Below, piece by piece: positions 11,051-20,094 of a stretch of DNA of 64,000 nucleotides (positions are counted from its first letter, which is position 1; the number at the start of each line of letters is the position of its first letter). The notes beneath the pieces are model-generated. The model did no database searches. It worked only from the letters and a program-made list of their open reading frames with translations, and was not told where the DNA came from. A program made the position numbers and the translations under genes. Source of the stretch: Candidatus Latescibacterota bacterium (lineage in GTDB: Bacteria > Latescibacterota > UBA2968 > UBA8231); assembly GCA_965215195.1 (NCBI GenBank), contig CBDCDC010000002.1, positions 224,001 through 288,000 of the forward strand, in the 5' to 3' direction.

Positions 11051-11870
11051 CTGCAAAAAGAATGGTCTCAATATCCGTTCTCTTGCGGCGGCTGGGCGGG
11101 TCGGTGGGTCGGGGTCCTGTTGGCTTGGTCCGACGCGCCCCCCGCCGGTCCGTCCCCGCCGCCCGTGTAATCCACTACCGAGTAAGGGGTCGTGGGTCCC
11201 TTTTAATTTTTTGGGACGTTTTGCCTTTTTATTTGGGGACCTTACTACACGACACCAGCCCTCAGCCTGCCAAGGATCGAGGGCATCTTGCCCTCGTCGA
11301 GGGCGGGACGCCCTCGAGCCCGGACCCATCGGAAACCGCAGAAAAGGCGTACTCAAAGTAAGGGTCGCCTACTTTAGGGGTCGTGTACTAAGTGCGGGAA
11401 TTGAAATTTTCAACCATCCCTTGATTTATATTTACGCTTCCTTATAATTATTAAAGGCTGTGAGAGTTCGTATTTGTCTTTTAGGCTTATGGTAAAGCGC
11501 GTGGTATCTCGAATATCCTACCGATTCTCGACTTGTTAAAAGTGTCCCGAATATCCTATCGATTCTCGACTTGTTAAAAAACAGCCTCCCTCAAAATTTC
11601 TCTCGAGCGCGTAGCGCTCAATTCTCTACTGCTCAAGCACTGGCGACGGCTCCCAAGCGGCCGTTCGGCGAGTTGTCCCGCCCCTCGCCGCCTGCTGCCT
11701 GTGCGACCTTCGTCTGTACGCCGTGACCGTCGTCTGCCGTGGCGGCCGGTTCCTGCACCGGAACACCCGTATCTTGGTATGATCGACATGTGATACAGGT
11801 GACCGTCGTCTGCCGTGGCGGCCGGTTCCTGTTCCTGATTCCTCAGACCTTTTATAGAAGGAGACAAACA
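11051..11870 (+). repeat. Long intergenic module of the LRR array, copy b
   Basis: Near-identical to 8545-9340, including the MITE A insertion; extra ~38-bp tandem duplication at ~11504-11579. Confidence 0.85.
11241..11392 (+). mobile_element. MITE family A, 152 bp (co-duplicated with the spacer)
   Basis: Same TIRs and same insertion site as the 8735 copy. Confidence 0.87.
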
Positions 11871-13817
11871 ATGCCGTTATGGAAGCGAATAAACGCCCTG
11901 CTGGTCGTCCTCGTTTTAGGCGTGGTGGCCTGTTCGGACCCGCCGGTCGCGCCGGCACCGGCGGGCAAAGCCCTCGGGCAGGCCGAGGCCGATAGCACAC
12001 AGTCGGACGCTGCAACCGATAGCCCCGCGCTAGCCGTCGGCTCGTTTGCCGACGCCAACTTAGAGCTTGCGGTGCGGCGGACGTTGAACAAACTCGAAGG
12101 CCCGCTGACCGCCGACGATCTGGCGTCCCTGACGAAGCTTGACGTAGAATGGCAAGACGTTCAGGGCATTGAGAGCTTGGCCGGCCTCGAACACGCGACA
12201 GCACTGGACACGCTGAACCTGTGGGGCAACGCGGTGGCGGATTTGAGTCCGTTGGCAGGGTTGACCCAGTTGACCCACCTGAACTTGGGGGACAATCAGG
12301 TGGTGGATGTGGGTCCGTTGTCGGGGTTGACCAACTTGCAATGGCTGAGTCTGTGGGGCAACGAAGTGGCGGACGTGAATGCGTTGTCGGGGTTGACGAA
12401 GCTGACCTACCTGAACCTGTGGGGCAACGCGATTGAAGAGGTGAGTGCGTTGTCGGAGTTGACGAAGCTGACCTCGCTGAGCTTGGGGCACAACGCGGTG
12501 GTGGATGTAGGTCCGTTGGACGGCCTGACCCGGCTGGACTGGCTGGGCTTGGAGGGCAATCCCATCGGCCAACGGAACCGCGCCGAAATACCGAACCCAC
12601 AACCCCCGGCTCCGGGTTCACCCTCGGCTCCGGGTTCACCTCCGACGCCGGATACCCCCTCGACGCCGGATACCCCTCCGACGCCGGATACCCCCTCGGC
12701 TCCGGATACCCCCTCGGCTCCGGATCCACCATTGACTCCGGGTTCACCCCCGACTCCGGATCCACCTCCGACTCCGGATCCACCTCCGACTCCGGATCCA
12801 CCTCCGACTCCGGATCCACCTCCGACTCCGGATCCACCATTGACTCCGGATCCACCTCCGACTCCGGATCCACCTCCGACTCCGGATCCACCTCCGACTC
12901 CGGATCCACCACCGGACCCGGTAGTCGTCTCGTTCGCCGATGCCAACCTGGAGAGTTTGGTGCGGGGGCAACTGGGTAAACCGACAGGTGCGCTTACATC
13001 CGAGGATCTGGCGTCCCTAACGACGCTTGACGCAGACCGTGAATCCATTCAGAGCTTGGCCGGCCTCGAACACGCTACGGCACTGACTTGGCTGGACCTG
13101 ACTGAGAACTCGGCTCTTGCGGATGTGAGTCCGTTGTCGAGCCTGCCCAAATTGGGAAAGCTGTATCTAAGTGGCACGGCCGTTGGGGATGCGGGTGTGG
13201 CTTCGTTGTCGAGCCTGCCCAAACTGAAAGATCTGAGGCTGGCTTCCACGTCCATTACGGATGCGGGTATGAGCTCGTTGTCGAGCCTGACCAAATTGGA
13301 AACGCTGATTCTGAATAAAACGTCCATTACGGATGCGGGTGTGGCTTCGCTGTCGAGCCTGACCAGATTGAAAGATCTGAGGCTGGGTTCCACGTCCGTT
13401 ACGGATGCGGGTATGAGCTCGTTGTCGAGCCTGACCAAATTGGACGTGCTGTGGCTGGCTTCCACGTCCATTGGGGATGCGGGGTTGGCGTCGTTGACGA
13501 GCCTGACCAAAGTGAGATCGCTGTATCTGAGTAGCACGTCCGTTACGGATGCGGGGGTGGCTTCGTTGTTGAGCCTGACCAAATTGGAAGTGCTGAATCT
13601 GAGTGACACGTCCATTACGGATGCGGGTGTGGCTTCGTTGTCGAGCCTGACCAACTTGAAAGCGCTGTATCTGAAAAACACGTCCATTACGGATGTGAGT
13701 CCGTTGCTCAGCCTGACCAACTTGAAAGCGCTGTGGGTGACTGGCACTACCCTCAGTGCCGAGTCAATCAACGAACACATCCCCGCCCTTGAAGCAGCAG
13801 GCGTTACGGTTCACTGA
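11871..13817 (+). CDS. LRR lipoprotein, array copy 4 (long PTPDPP linker, 9 distal repeats)
   Basis: Paralog; ATG at 11871; first LRR domain lacks part of its C-cap. Confidence 0.92.
   Translation: MPLWKRINALLVVLVLGVVACSDPPVAPAPAGKALGQAEADSTQSDAATDSPALAVGSFADANLELAVRRTLNKLEGPLTADDLASLTKLDVEWQDVQGIESLAGLEHATALDTLNLWGNAVADLSPLAGLTQLTHLNLGDNQVVDVGPLSGLTNLQWLSLWGNEVADVNALSGLTKLTYLNLWGNAIEEVSALSELTKLTSLSLGHNAVVDVGPLDGLTRLDWLGLEGNPIGQRNRAEIPNPQPPAPGSPSAPGSPPTPDTPSTPDTPPTPDTPSAPDTPSAPDPPLTPGSPPTPDPPPTPDPPPTPDPPPTPDPPPTPDPPLTPDPPPTPDPPPTPDPPPTPDPPPDPVVVSFADANLESLVRGQLGKPTGALTSEDLASLTTLDADRESIQSLAGLEHATALTWLDLTENSALADVSPLSSLPKLGKLYLSGTAVGDAGVASLSSLPKLKDLRLASTSITDAGMSSLSSLTKLETLILNKTSITDAGVASLSSLTRLKDLRLGSTSVTDAGMSSLSSLTKLDVLWLASTSIGDAGLASLTSLTKVRSLYLSSTSVTDAGVASLLSLTKLEVLNLSDTSITDAGVASLSSLTNLKALYLKNTSITDVSPLLSLTNLKALWVTGTTLSAESINEHIPALEAAGVTVH
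12603..12920 (+). repeat. 18-bp coding tandem repeat (ccgactccggatccacct; PTPDPP), about 17 units
   Basis: Directly visible tandem repeat. Confidence 0.92.
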
Positions 13818-13962
13818 TAATGAAAACCCTTATTCTTGTAGTAGGGTGTTTCATGTCTGTGGACGATCTCGCTGAGAAGCCCATCGGGTGATATACGAAC
13901 ACAAATGGAACACCTAGCACCATTGGTTATTTAACCCTTTATTTAGTAGAAGGAGACAAACA

Positions 13963-15609
13963 ATGCTGTTATGGAAGCGAATAAACGCTCTGCTGGTCGT
14001 CCTCGTTTTAGGCGTGGTGGCCTGTTCGGACCCGCCGGTCGCGCCGGCACCGGCGGGCAAAGCCCTCGGGCAGGCCGAGGCCGATAGCACGCAGTCGGAC
14101 GCTGCAACCGGTAGCCCCGCGCTAGAAGTCGGCTCGTTTGCCGACGCCAACTTAGAGCTTGCGGTGCGGCGGACGCTGAACAAACTCGAAGGCCCGCTGA
14201 CCGCCGACGATCTGGCGTCCCTGACGAAGCTCGACGTAGAACGGCAAGACGTCTCAGGCATTGAGAGCTTGGCCGGCCTTGAACACGCGACGGCACTGGA
14301 CACGCTGAACCTGTGGGGCAACCAGATTGTGGATTTGAGTCCGTTGGCCGGGTTGACCAGTCTGACCTATCTGAACTTAGGGGACAATCAGGTGGTGGAT
14401 GTGGGTCCGTTGGCGGGCTTGACCAACTTGCAATGGCTGAGTCTGTGGGGCAACGAAGTGGCGGACGTGAGTGCGTTGGCAGGCTTAACCCAGCTAACTT
14501 ACCTGAACCTGTGGGGCAACCAGATTGAAGCGGTGAGTGCGTTGGCGGAGTTGACGGAGCTGACCTCGCTGAGCTTGGGGCACAATCAGGTGGCGGACGT
14601 GAGTCCGTTGGATAGCCTGACCCAACTCGACTGGTTGGGCTTGGTGGACAATCCCATTCGCGAACAGGACCTCGCCGAACAGGTGCCCACCTTGATAGAA
14701 CAGGCCGTCAAGGTCTCCGTCGTCCGACAGGCCCCGGTTTCACCCCCGGCCTCGGTAGCAGCCCCGGCTTCATCCCCGGACCCGGTAGTCGTCTCGTTCG
14801 CCGACGCCAATCTGGAGGGTGCGGTGCGGCAGGAGCTGGATAAACCGACAGGCGAACTTACATCCGCGGATCTGGCGTCCCTAACGCGGCTTAAAGCAAA
14901 CGGTCTAAGCATTCAGAGCTTGGCCGGCCTCGAACACGCGACGGCACTGAGCCATCTGGAGCTGCTTGCCAACCAGATTACGGATGTGAGTCCGTTGCTC
15001 AGCCTGACCAACTTGCAAACGCTGGAGCTGGGTGAAGCGGCCATTGGGAATGCGGGTGTGGCTTCGTTGTCGAGCCTGACCAGCCTGAAAAGGCTTAGTC
15101 TGAATAGCAGGTCCATTACGGATGCGGGTGTGGCTTCGTTGACGAGCCTGACCAACTTGAAAACGCTGAATCTGAGTTTAACGTCCATTGGGAATGCGGG
15201 GTTGGCTTCGTTGTCGGGCCTGACCAAGTTGGAAACGCTGGATCTGGGTAGCACGTACTTTACGGACGCGGGGTTGGCTTCGTTGACGAGCCTGACCAAC
15301 CTGAAAACGCTGTGGCTGAGTAGCACGGGCACTACGGATGCGGGTGTGGCTTCGTTGACGAGCCTGACCAAGTTGGAATTGCTGGGTCTGGGTAGAACGT
15401 CCATTACGGATGCGGGTGTGGCTTCGTTGACGAGCCTGACCAACCTGAAAACGCTGTATCTGAATAGCACGTCCATTACGGATGTGAGTCCGTTGCTCAG
15501 CCTGACCAAGTTGAAAACGCTGTGGCTGACTGGCACTAGCCTCAGTGCCGCGTCAATCAACACACACATCCCCGCCCTCAAAGCAAAAGGCGTTGCGGTC
15601 CAGCAATAG
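13963..15609 (+). CDS. LRR lipoprotein, array copy 5 (8 distal repeats)
   Basis: Paralog with RBS, lipobox-like motif and two LRR domains. Confidence 0.92.
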   Translation: MLLWKRINALLVVLVLGVVACSDPPVAPAPAGKALGQAEADSTQSDAATGSPALEVGSFADANLELAVRRTLNKLEGPLTADDLASLTKLDVERQDVSGIESLAGLEHATALDTLNLWGNQIVDLSPLAGLTSLTYLNLGDNQVVDVGPLAGLTNLQWLSLWGNEVADVSALAGLTQLTYLNLWGNQIEAVSALAELTELTSLSLGHNQVADVSPLDSLTQLDWLGLVDNPIREQDLAEQVPTLIEQAVKVSVVRQAPVSPPASVAAPASSPDPVVVSFADANLEGAVRQELDKPTGELTSADLASLTRLKANGLSIQSLAGLEHATALSHLELLANQITDVSPLLSLTNLQTLELGEAAIGNAGVASLSSLTSLKRLSLNSRSITDAGVASLTSLTNLKTLNLSLTSIGNAGLASLSGLTKLETLDLGSTYFTDAGLASLTSLTNLKTLWLSSTGTTDAGVASLTSLTKLELLGLGRTSITDAGVASLTSLTNLKTLYLNSTSITDVSPLLSLTKLKTLWLTGTSLSAASINTHIPALKAKGVAVQQ

Positions 15610-15626
15610 TTCTTGTAGTAGGGCTG

Positions 15627-15759
15627 CTTAGTACGCGACACCTAAAGTGGGTGCCACTTACTTTTGAGTACGCATTTTCTACTGTTTCCGATGGGTTCGG
15701 GATCGAGGGCGTCCCGCCCGCGATCCTTGGCAGGCTGAGGGCTGGTGTCGTGTAGTAAG
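15627..15759 (-). mobile_element. MITE family A, internally deleted copy, 133 bp
   Basis: TIRs cttagtacgcgacacc / ggtgtcgtgtagtaag; perfect 9-bp TSD gtagggctg (15618-15626, 15760-15768); sister 3' regions are empty. Confidence 0.92.
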
Positions 15760-15931
15760 GTAGGGCTGTTTCACGTCTGTGGACGATCCCGCTGAGAAGC
15801 CCATCGGGTGATCTACGAACACAATAGGTAGTAGCGATACGATTCTGTAAAAAGAATGGGCTCAATCGTCTGCCAAGGCGGTCGGTTCCTGTTCCTGATT
15901 CCTCAAACCTTTTGATAGAAGGAGACAAACA

Positions 15932-17344
15932 ATGCTGTTATGGAAGCGAATAAACGCCCTGCTGGTCGTCGTTTTAGGCATGGTGGCTTGTTCCGATCCG
16001 CCGGTGGCACCGGCGGGTAAAGCCCTCGGGCAGGCCGAGGCCGATAGTACGCAGTCGGACGCTGCAACCGATAGCCCTGCGCTAGAAGTCGGCTCGTTTG
16101 CCGACGCCAACTTAGAGCTTGCAGTGCGGCGGACGCTGAACAAACTCGAAGGCCCGCTGACCGCCGACGATCTGGCGTCCCTGACGAAGCTCGACGTAGA
16201 ACAGCAAGACGTCTCAGGCGTTGAGAGCTTGGCCGGCCTCGAACACGCGACGGCGCTGGACACGCTGAGTCTGTGGGGCAACCAGATTGCGGATTTGAGT
16301 CCGTTGGCAGGGTTGACTCAGCTAACTTACCTGAATCTGGGGAATAATCAGGTGGTGGATGTGGGTCCGTTGGCGGGGTTGACCAACTTGCAATGGCTGA
16401 GTCTGTGGGGCAACGAAGTGGCGGATTTAAGTCCGTTGGCAGGCTCGACGAAGCTGACCTACCTGAACCTGTGGGGCAACGCGGTGGCGGACGTGAGTGC
16501 ATTGTCGGAGTTGACGAAGCTGACCTCGCTGGACTTGGGGCACAATCAGGTGGCGGATGTGGGTCCGTTGGATGGTCTGACCCGGCTGGACTGGCTGGGC
16601 TTGTTGGACAATCCCATTCGCCAACGGGACCTCGCCGAACAGGTTCCCACCTTGCTAGAACAGGCCGTCAAGGTCTCCGTCGTCCGACAGGCCCCGGCTT
16701 CACCATCGGCCCCGGCTCCACCATCGGCCCCGGTAGTCGTCTCGTTCGTCGACGCCAATCTGGAGGGTGCGGTGCGGGGGCAACTGGGTAAACCGACAGG
16801 CGCGCTTACATCCGCGGATCTGGCGTCCCTAACGCGGCTTGAAGCAGTCGGTCTAAACATTCAGAGCTTGGCCGGCCTCGAATACGCGACGGCACTGAGC
16901 TATCTGGAGCTGCCTGTCAACCCGATTTCGGATGTGAGTCCGTTGGTGAGCCTGACCAACTTGGAAACGCTGGATCTGGGTAGCACGAAGATTACGGATG
17001 CGGGTGTGGCTTCGTTGGTGAGCCTGACCAACTTGAAATCGCTGGATCTGGTTGACACGGACATTACGGATGCGGGTGTGGCTTCGCTGTCGCGCCTGAC
17101 CAACTTGAAATCGCTGATTCTGGCTTTCACGGACATTACGGATGCGGGTGTGGCTTCGCTGTCGCGCCTGACCAACTTGGAAACGCTGTCGCTGACTTCC
17201 ACGTCCATTACGGATGTGAGTCCGTTGCTCAGCCTGACCAAGTTGAAAACGCTGTGGCTGAGGGACGTTACTACCCTCAGTGCCGCGTCAATCAACACAC
17301 ACATCCCCGCCCTTGAAGCAGCAGGCGTTAGGGTCGGCCGATAA
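15932..17344 (+). CDS. LRR lipoprotein, array copy 6 (5 distal repeats)
   Basis: Paralog; distal domain nearly identical to copy 3. Confidence 0.92.
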   Translation: MLLWKRINALLVVVLGMVACSDPPVAPAGKALGQAEADSTQSDAATDSPALEVGSFADANLELAVRRTLNKLEGPLTADDLASLTKLDVEQQDVSGVESLAGLEHATALDTLSLWGNQIADLSPLAGLTQLTYLNLGNNQVVDVGPLAGLTNLQWLSLWGNEVADLSPLAGSTKLTYLNLWGNAVADVSALSELTKLTSLDLGHNQVADVGPLDGLTRLDWLGLLDNPIRQRDLAEQVPTLLEQAVKVSVVRQAPASPSAPAPPSAPVVVSFVDANLEGAVRGQLGKPTGALTSADLASLTRLEAVGLNIQSLAGLEYATALSYLELPVNPISDVSPLVSLTNLETLDLGSTKITDAGVASLVSLTNLKSLDLVDTDITDAGVASLSRLTNLKSLILAFTDITDAGVASLSRLTNLETLSLTSTSITDVSPLLSLTKLKTLWLRDVTTLSAASINTHIPALEAAGVRVGR

Positions 17345-17443
17345 TGTCTTGTAGTAGGGTGTTTCATGTCGCTGGACGAAGAAGCCCATCGGGTGATCGA
17401 CGAACACAAATGGAACACCTAGCCCCATTGGTTCATATCTGTA

Positions 17444-17642
17444 ACTGATGTTCCGCATCCCCTGCCTTGGCAGGGGCAGGCTTGCTTGCTGCCGCCGGTC
17501 GGGTGTCATTGCCGCGCTTGGCCGGACAAGCGGGCTTCGACGTTGAGCTCCGCTGAAACGTGAAGTAGGCAGGACAGTAGGGCATAACGATCGTTATAGA
17601 CGCGCAAGGAGCACCAACGCCTGAATGGCGCGTAACATCAGT
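17444..17642 (+). mobile_element. MITE family B, 199 bp
   Basis: Same TIRs and site as the 10823 copy; flanks ctgta / cggta. Confidence 0.8.
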
Positions 17643-18171
17643 CGGTAAAAAGAATGGGCTCAATAGACACCCCTCTTGCGGCGGCTGAGCGAGTCGGTGG
17701 GTCGGGGGTCTGTTGGCTTGGTCCGACGCGCCGCCCGCCGCCGGTGTGATTTTCAAAGGGACCTACTACCGAATAAGGGTAGTGGGTCCCTTTGAATTTT
17801 TTGGGACGTTCTGCCTCTTTATCCGGGGACTGCAATTTCAAATATCCCTTGATTTGTTCACTCAGCGACCATAGAATACAAGGCCGTGAGATGTTGTGTT
17901 TGTCTTGCGCGTGATGCACCGAATACACCACCGATTCTCGACCTGCTAAGAATGTTATGTAAATCGTTAAAAACAGTAATTTACCCCCCTCCCCTCAAAA
18001 TTCTGCTCGTGCGCTCAATTCCCTACTGCTCAAGCACTGGCGACGGCTCCCAAGCGACCATTTGGCAAGCCGTCCCGACCCTCGCCGCCTGTTGCCCGTG
18101 CGGCATTCGTCTGTCATGGCGGCCGGTTCCTGCACCTGATTCCTCAAACCTTTTATAGAAGGAGGCAAACA
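17643..18171 (+). repeat. Long intergenic module of the LRR array, copy c (diverged, no MITE A)
   Basis: Homologous to copies a and b; intact long hairpin at 17752-17796. Confidence 0.8.
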
Positions 18172-19908
18172 ATGCCTTTATGGAAGCGAATAAACGCCCT
18201 GCTGGTCATCGTTTTAGGCGTGGTGGCCTGTTCGGATCCGCCGGTCGCGCCGGCGCCGGCGGGCAAAGCCCTCGGGCAGGCCGAGGCCGATAGTACGCCA
18301 TCGGACGCTGCAACCGGCAGCACCACGCCAGCCATCGTTTCGTTTGCCGATGCCAACTTGGAGCTTGCGGTGCGGCGGACGCTGAACAAACTCGAAGGCC
18401 CGCTGACCACCGACGATTTGGCGTCCCTGACGCGGCTTGACGTAGAACGGCAAGATGTTTCAGGCATTGAGAGCTTGGCCGGCCTTGAACATGCTACGGC
18501 GCTGGACACGCTGAATCTGTGGGGCAACCAGATTGTGGATTTGAGTCCGTTGGCAGGCCTGACCAGCCTGACCCACCTGAACTTAGGGAATAATCAGATT
18601 GTGGATGTGGGTCCGTTGGCGGGCTTGACCAACTTGCAATGGCTGAGTCTGTGGGGCAACCAGATTGTGGATTTGAGTCCGTTGGCAGGCCTGACGAAGC
18701 TGACCTACCTGAACTTAGGGCACAATCAGATTGTGGATGTGGGTCCATTGGCGGGGTTGACGAAGCTGATCTCGCTGGACTTGGGGCACAATCAGGTGGC
18801 GGATGTGCGGCCGTTGGCGGGGTTGACCCAGCTCGACTGGCTGGGCTTGGTGGGCAATCTCATTCGCCAACGGGACCTCGCCGAACAGGTGCCTACCTTG
18901 ATAGAAAAGGGCGTCAATATCTCCGTCGTCCTGTCGGCCTCGGCTTCACTACCGGCTCCGGCTCTACCCCCGGCTCCGGCTCCGCCACTGGATCCGCCTT
19001 CGGCTCCCGATCCGCCCTCGACTCCGGATCCGCCTTCGGCTCCCGATCCGCCTTCGACTCCGGATCCACCTTCGACTCCGGATCCACCTTCGACTCCGGA
19101 TCCACCCCCGCCACCGGATCCACCCCCGGACCCGGTAGTCGTCTCGTTCGCCGACGCCAACTTAGAGGGTGCGGTGCGGCAGGCACTGGGTAAACCGACA
19201 GGCGCGCTCACACCCGCGGATATGGCGTCCCTAACGTCGCTTACCGCAAGCAGTCTAAACATTGAGAGCTTGTCTGGCCTCGAACACGCTACGGCGCTGA
19301 CTGTGCTGGACCTGTCCGAAAACGCGGCTCTTGCGGATGTGAGTCCGTTGTCGAGCCTGAGCAAGTTGGAAACGCTGGATCTGAGTGGCACGTCGATTAC
19401 GGATGCGGGGTTGAGTTCGTTGACGAGCCTGACTAACCTGCAAACGTTGGATCTGGGTAGCACGTCGATTACGGATACGGGTGTGGGTTCGTTGTCGAGT
19501 CTGACTAACCTGCAAACGTTGGATCTGAGTGGCACGTCGATTGGGGATACGGGGGTGGGTTCGTTGTCGAGCCTGAGCAACCTGCAAACGTTGGATCTGA
19601 GTAGCACGTCGATTGGGGATACGGGGGTGGGTTCGTTGACGAGCCTGACTAACCTGCAAACGCTGGATCTGAGTAGCACGTCGATTACGGATACGGGTGT
19701 GGGTTCGTTGTCGAGCCTGAGCAACTTGCAAACGCTGGATCTGAGTAGCACGTCCATTGCGGATGTGAATCCGTTGCGCAGCCTAACCAAGTTGGAAACA
19801 CTGGATCTGACTGGCGTCACTACCCTCAGTAGCGCGTCAATCAACACACACATCCCCGCCCTCGAAGCAGCAGGCGTTGCGGTCACCCTAGATGAACACG
19901 CTCAGTAA
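18172..19908 (+). CDS. LRR lipoprotein, array copy 7 (7 homogeneous distal repeats)
   Basis: Paralog; distal repeats almost all LQTLDLSST. Confidence 0.92.
   Translation: MPLWKRINALLVIVLGVVACSDPPVAPAPAGKALGQAEADSTPSDAATGSTTPAIVSFADANLELAVRRTLNKLEGPLTTDDLASLTRLDVERQDVSGIESLAGLEHATALDTLNLWGNQIVDLSPLAGLTSLTHLNLGNNQIVDVGPLAGLTNLQWLSLWGNQIVDLSPLAGLTKLTYLNLGHNQIVDVGPLAGLTKLISLDLGHNQVADVRPLAGLTQLDWLGLVGNLIRQRDLAEQVPTLIEKGVNISVVLSASASLPAPALPPAPAPPLDPPSAPDPPSTPDPPSAPDPPSTPDPPSTPDPPSTPDPPPPPDPPPDPVVVSFADANLEGAVRQALGKPTGALTPADMASLTSLTASSLNIESLSGLEHATALTVLDLSENAALADVSPLSSLSKLETLDLSGTSITDAGLSSLTSLTNLQTLDLGSTSITDTGVGSLSSLTNLQTLDLSGTSIGDTGVGSLSSLSNLQTLDLSSTSIGDTGVGSLTSLTNLQTLDLSSTSITDTGVGSLSSLSNLQTLDLSSTSIADVNPLRSLTKLETLDLTGVTTLSSASINTHIPALEAAGVAVTLDEHAQ
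18952..19134 (+). repeat. 18-bp coding tandem repeat (PSTPDP/PSAPDP), about 10 units
   Basis: ccttcgactccggatcca-like units visible. Confidence 0.85.
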
Positions 19909-19939
19909 ACCCTCATTTCCGTTTGGTGCGCCGCACCAG

Positions 19940-19969
19940 CCCCTCGATCCGGTATGGAGGGTCGAGGGG
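19940..19969. terminator. Hairpin between the convergent LRR array and TonB receptor gene (possible terminator)
   Basis: cccctcgatcc / gggtcgagggg stem; no clear U tract. Confidence 0.4.
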
Positions 19970-20059
19970 ACAGGGTATAGCGGCGCGAGGCAGAGCCATT
20001 AGACATCCATTCGGGCAGCCGTAGCTGCCAGCCGCATTGCGGACATTGACGCACGGCCC

Positions 20060-20094
20060 TAGAGGCGGTCTGGCAACGTTCAGGCCGCCTCTAC
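20060..20094 (-). repeat. GTAG-type REP-like palindrome
   Basis: tagaggcggtctg...caggccgcctctac; minus strand starts GTAG followed by a hairpin. Confidence 0.5.

Noticed and set aside
8494-11447. Similar short ORFs repeated at 3136, 8494/8555 and 10901/11001
   Set aside because: They are translations of MITE A and the repeated spacer, with inconsistent starts and stops and no transposase motifs
5698-19886. Long antisense ORFs over the LRR genes (e.g. 5698-6690, 11626-12912, 18792-19886)
   Set aside because: Shadow frames of repetitive GC-rich coding sequence; no independent motifs or RBS
5078-19908. Complete DGR, integron or shufflon as the driver of the LRR array
   Set aside because: No reverse transcriptase, integrase or invertase in the window; no attC-like or inversion sites recognised; all copies co-oriented
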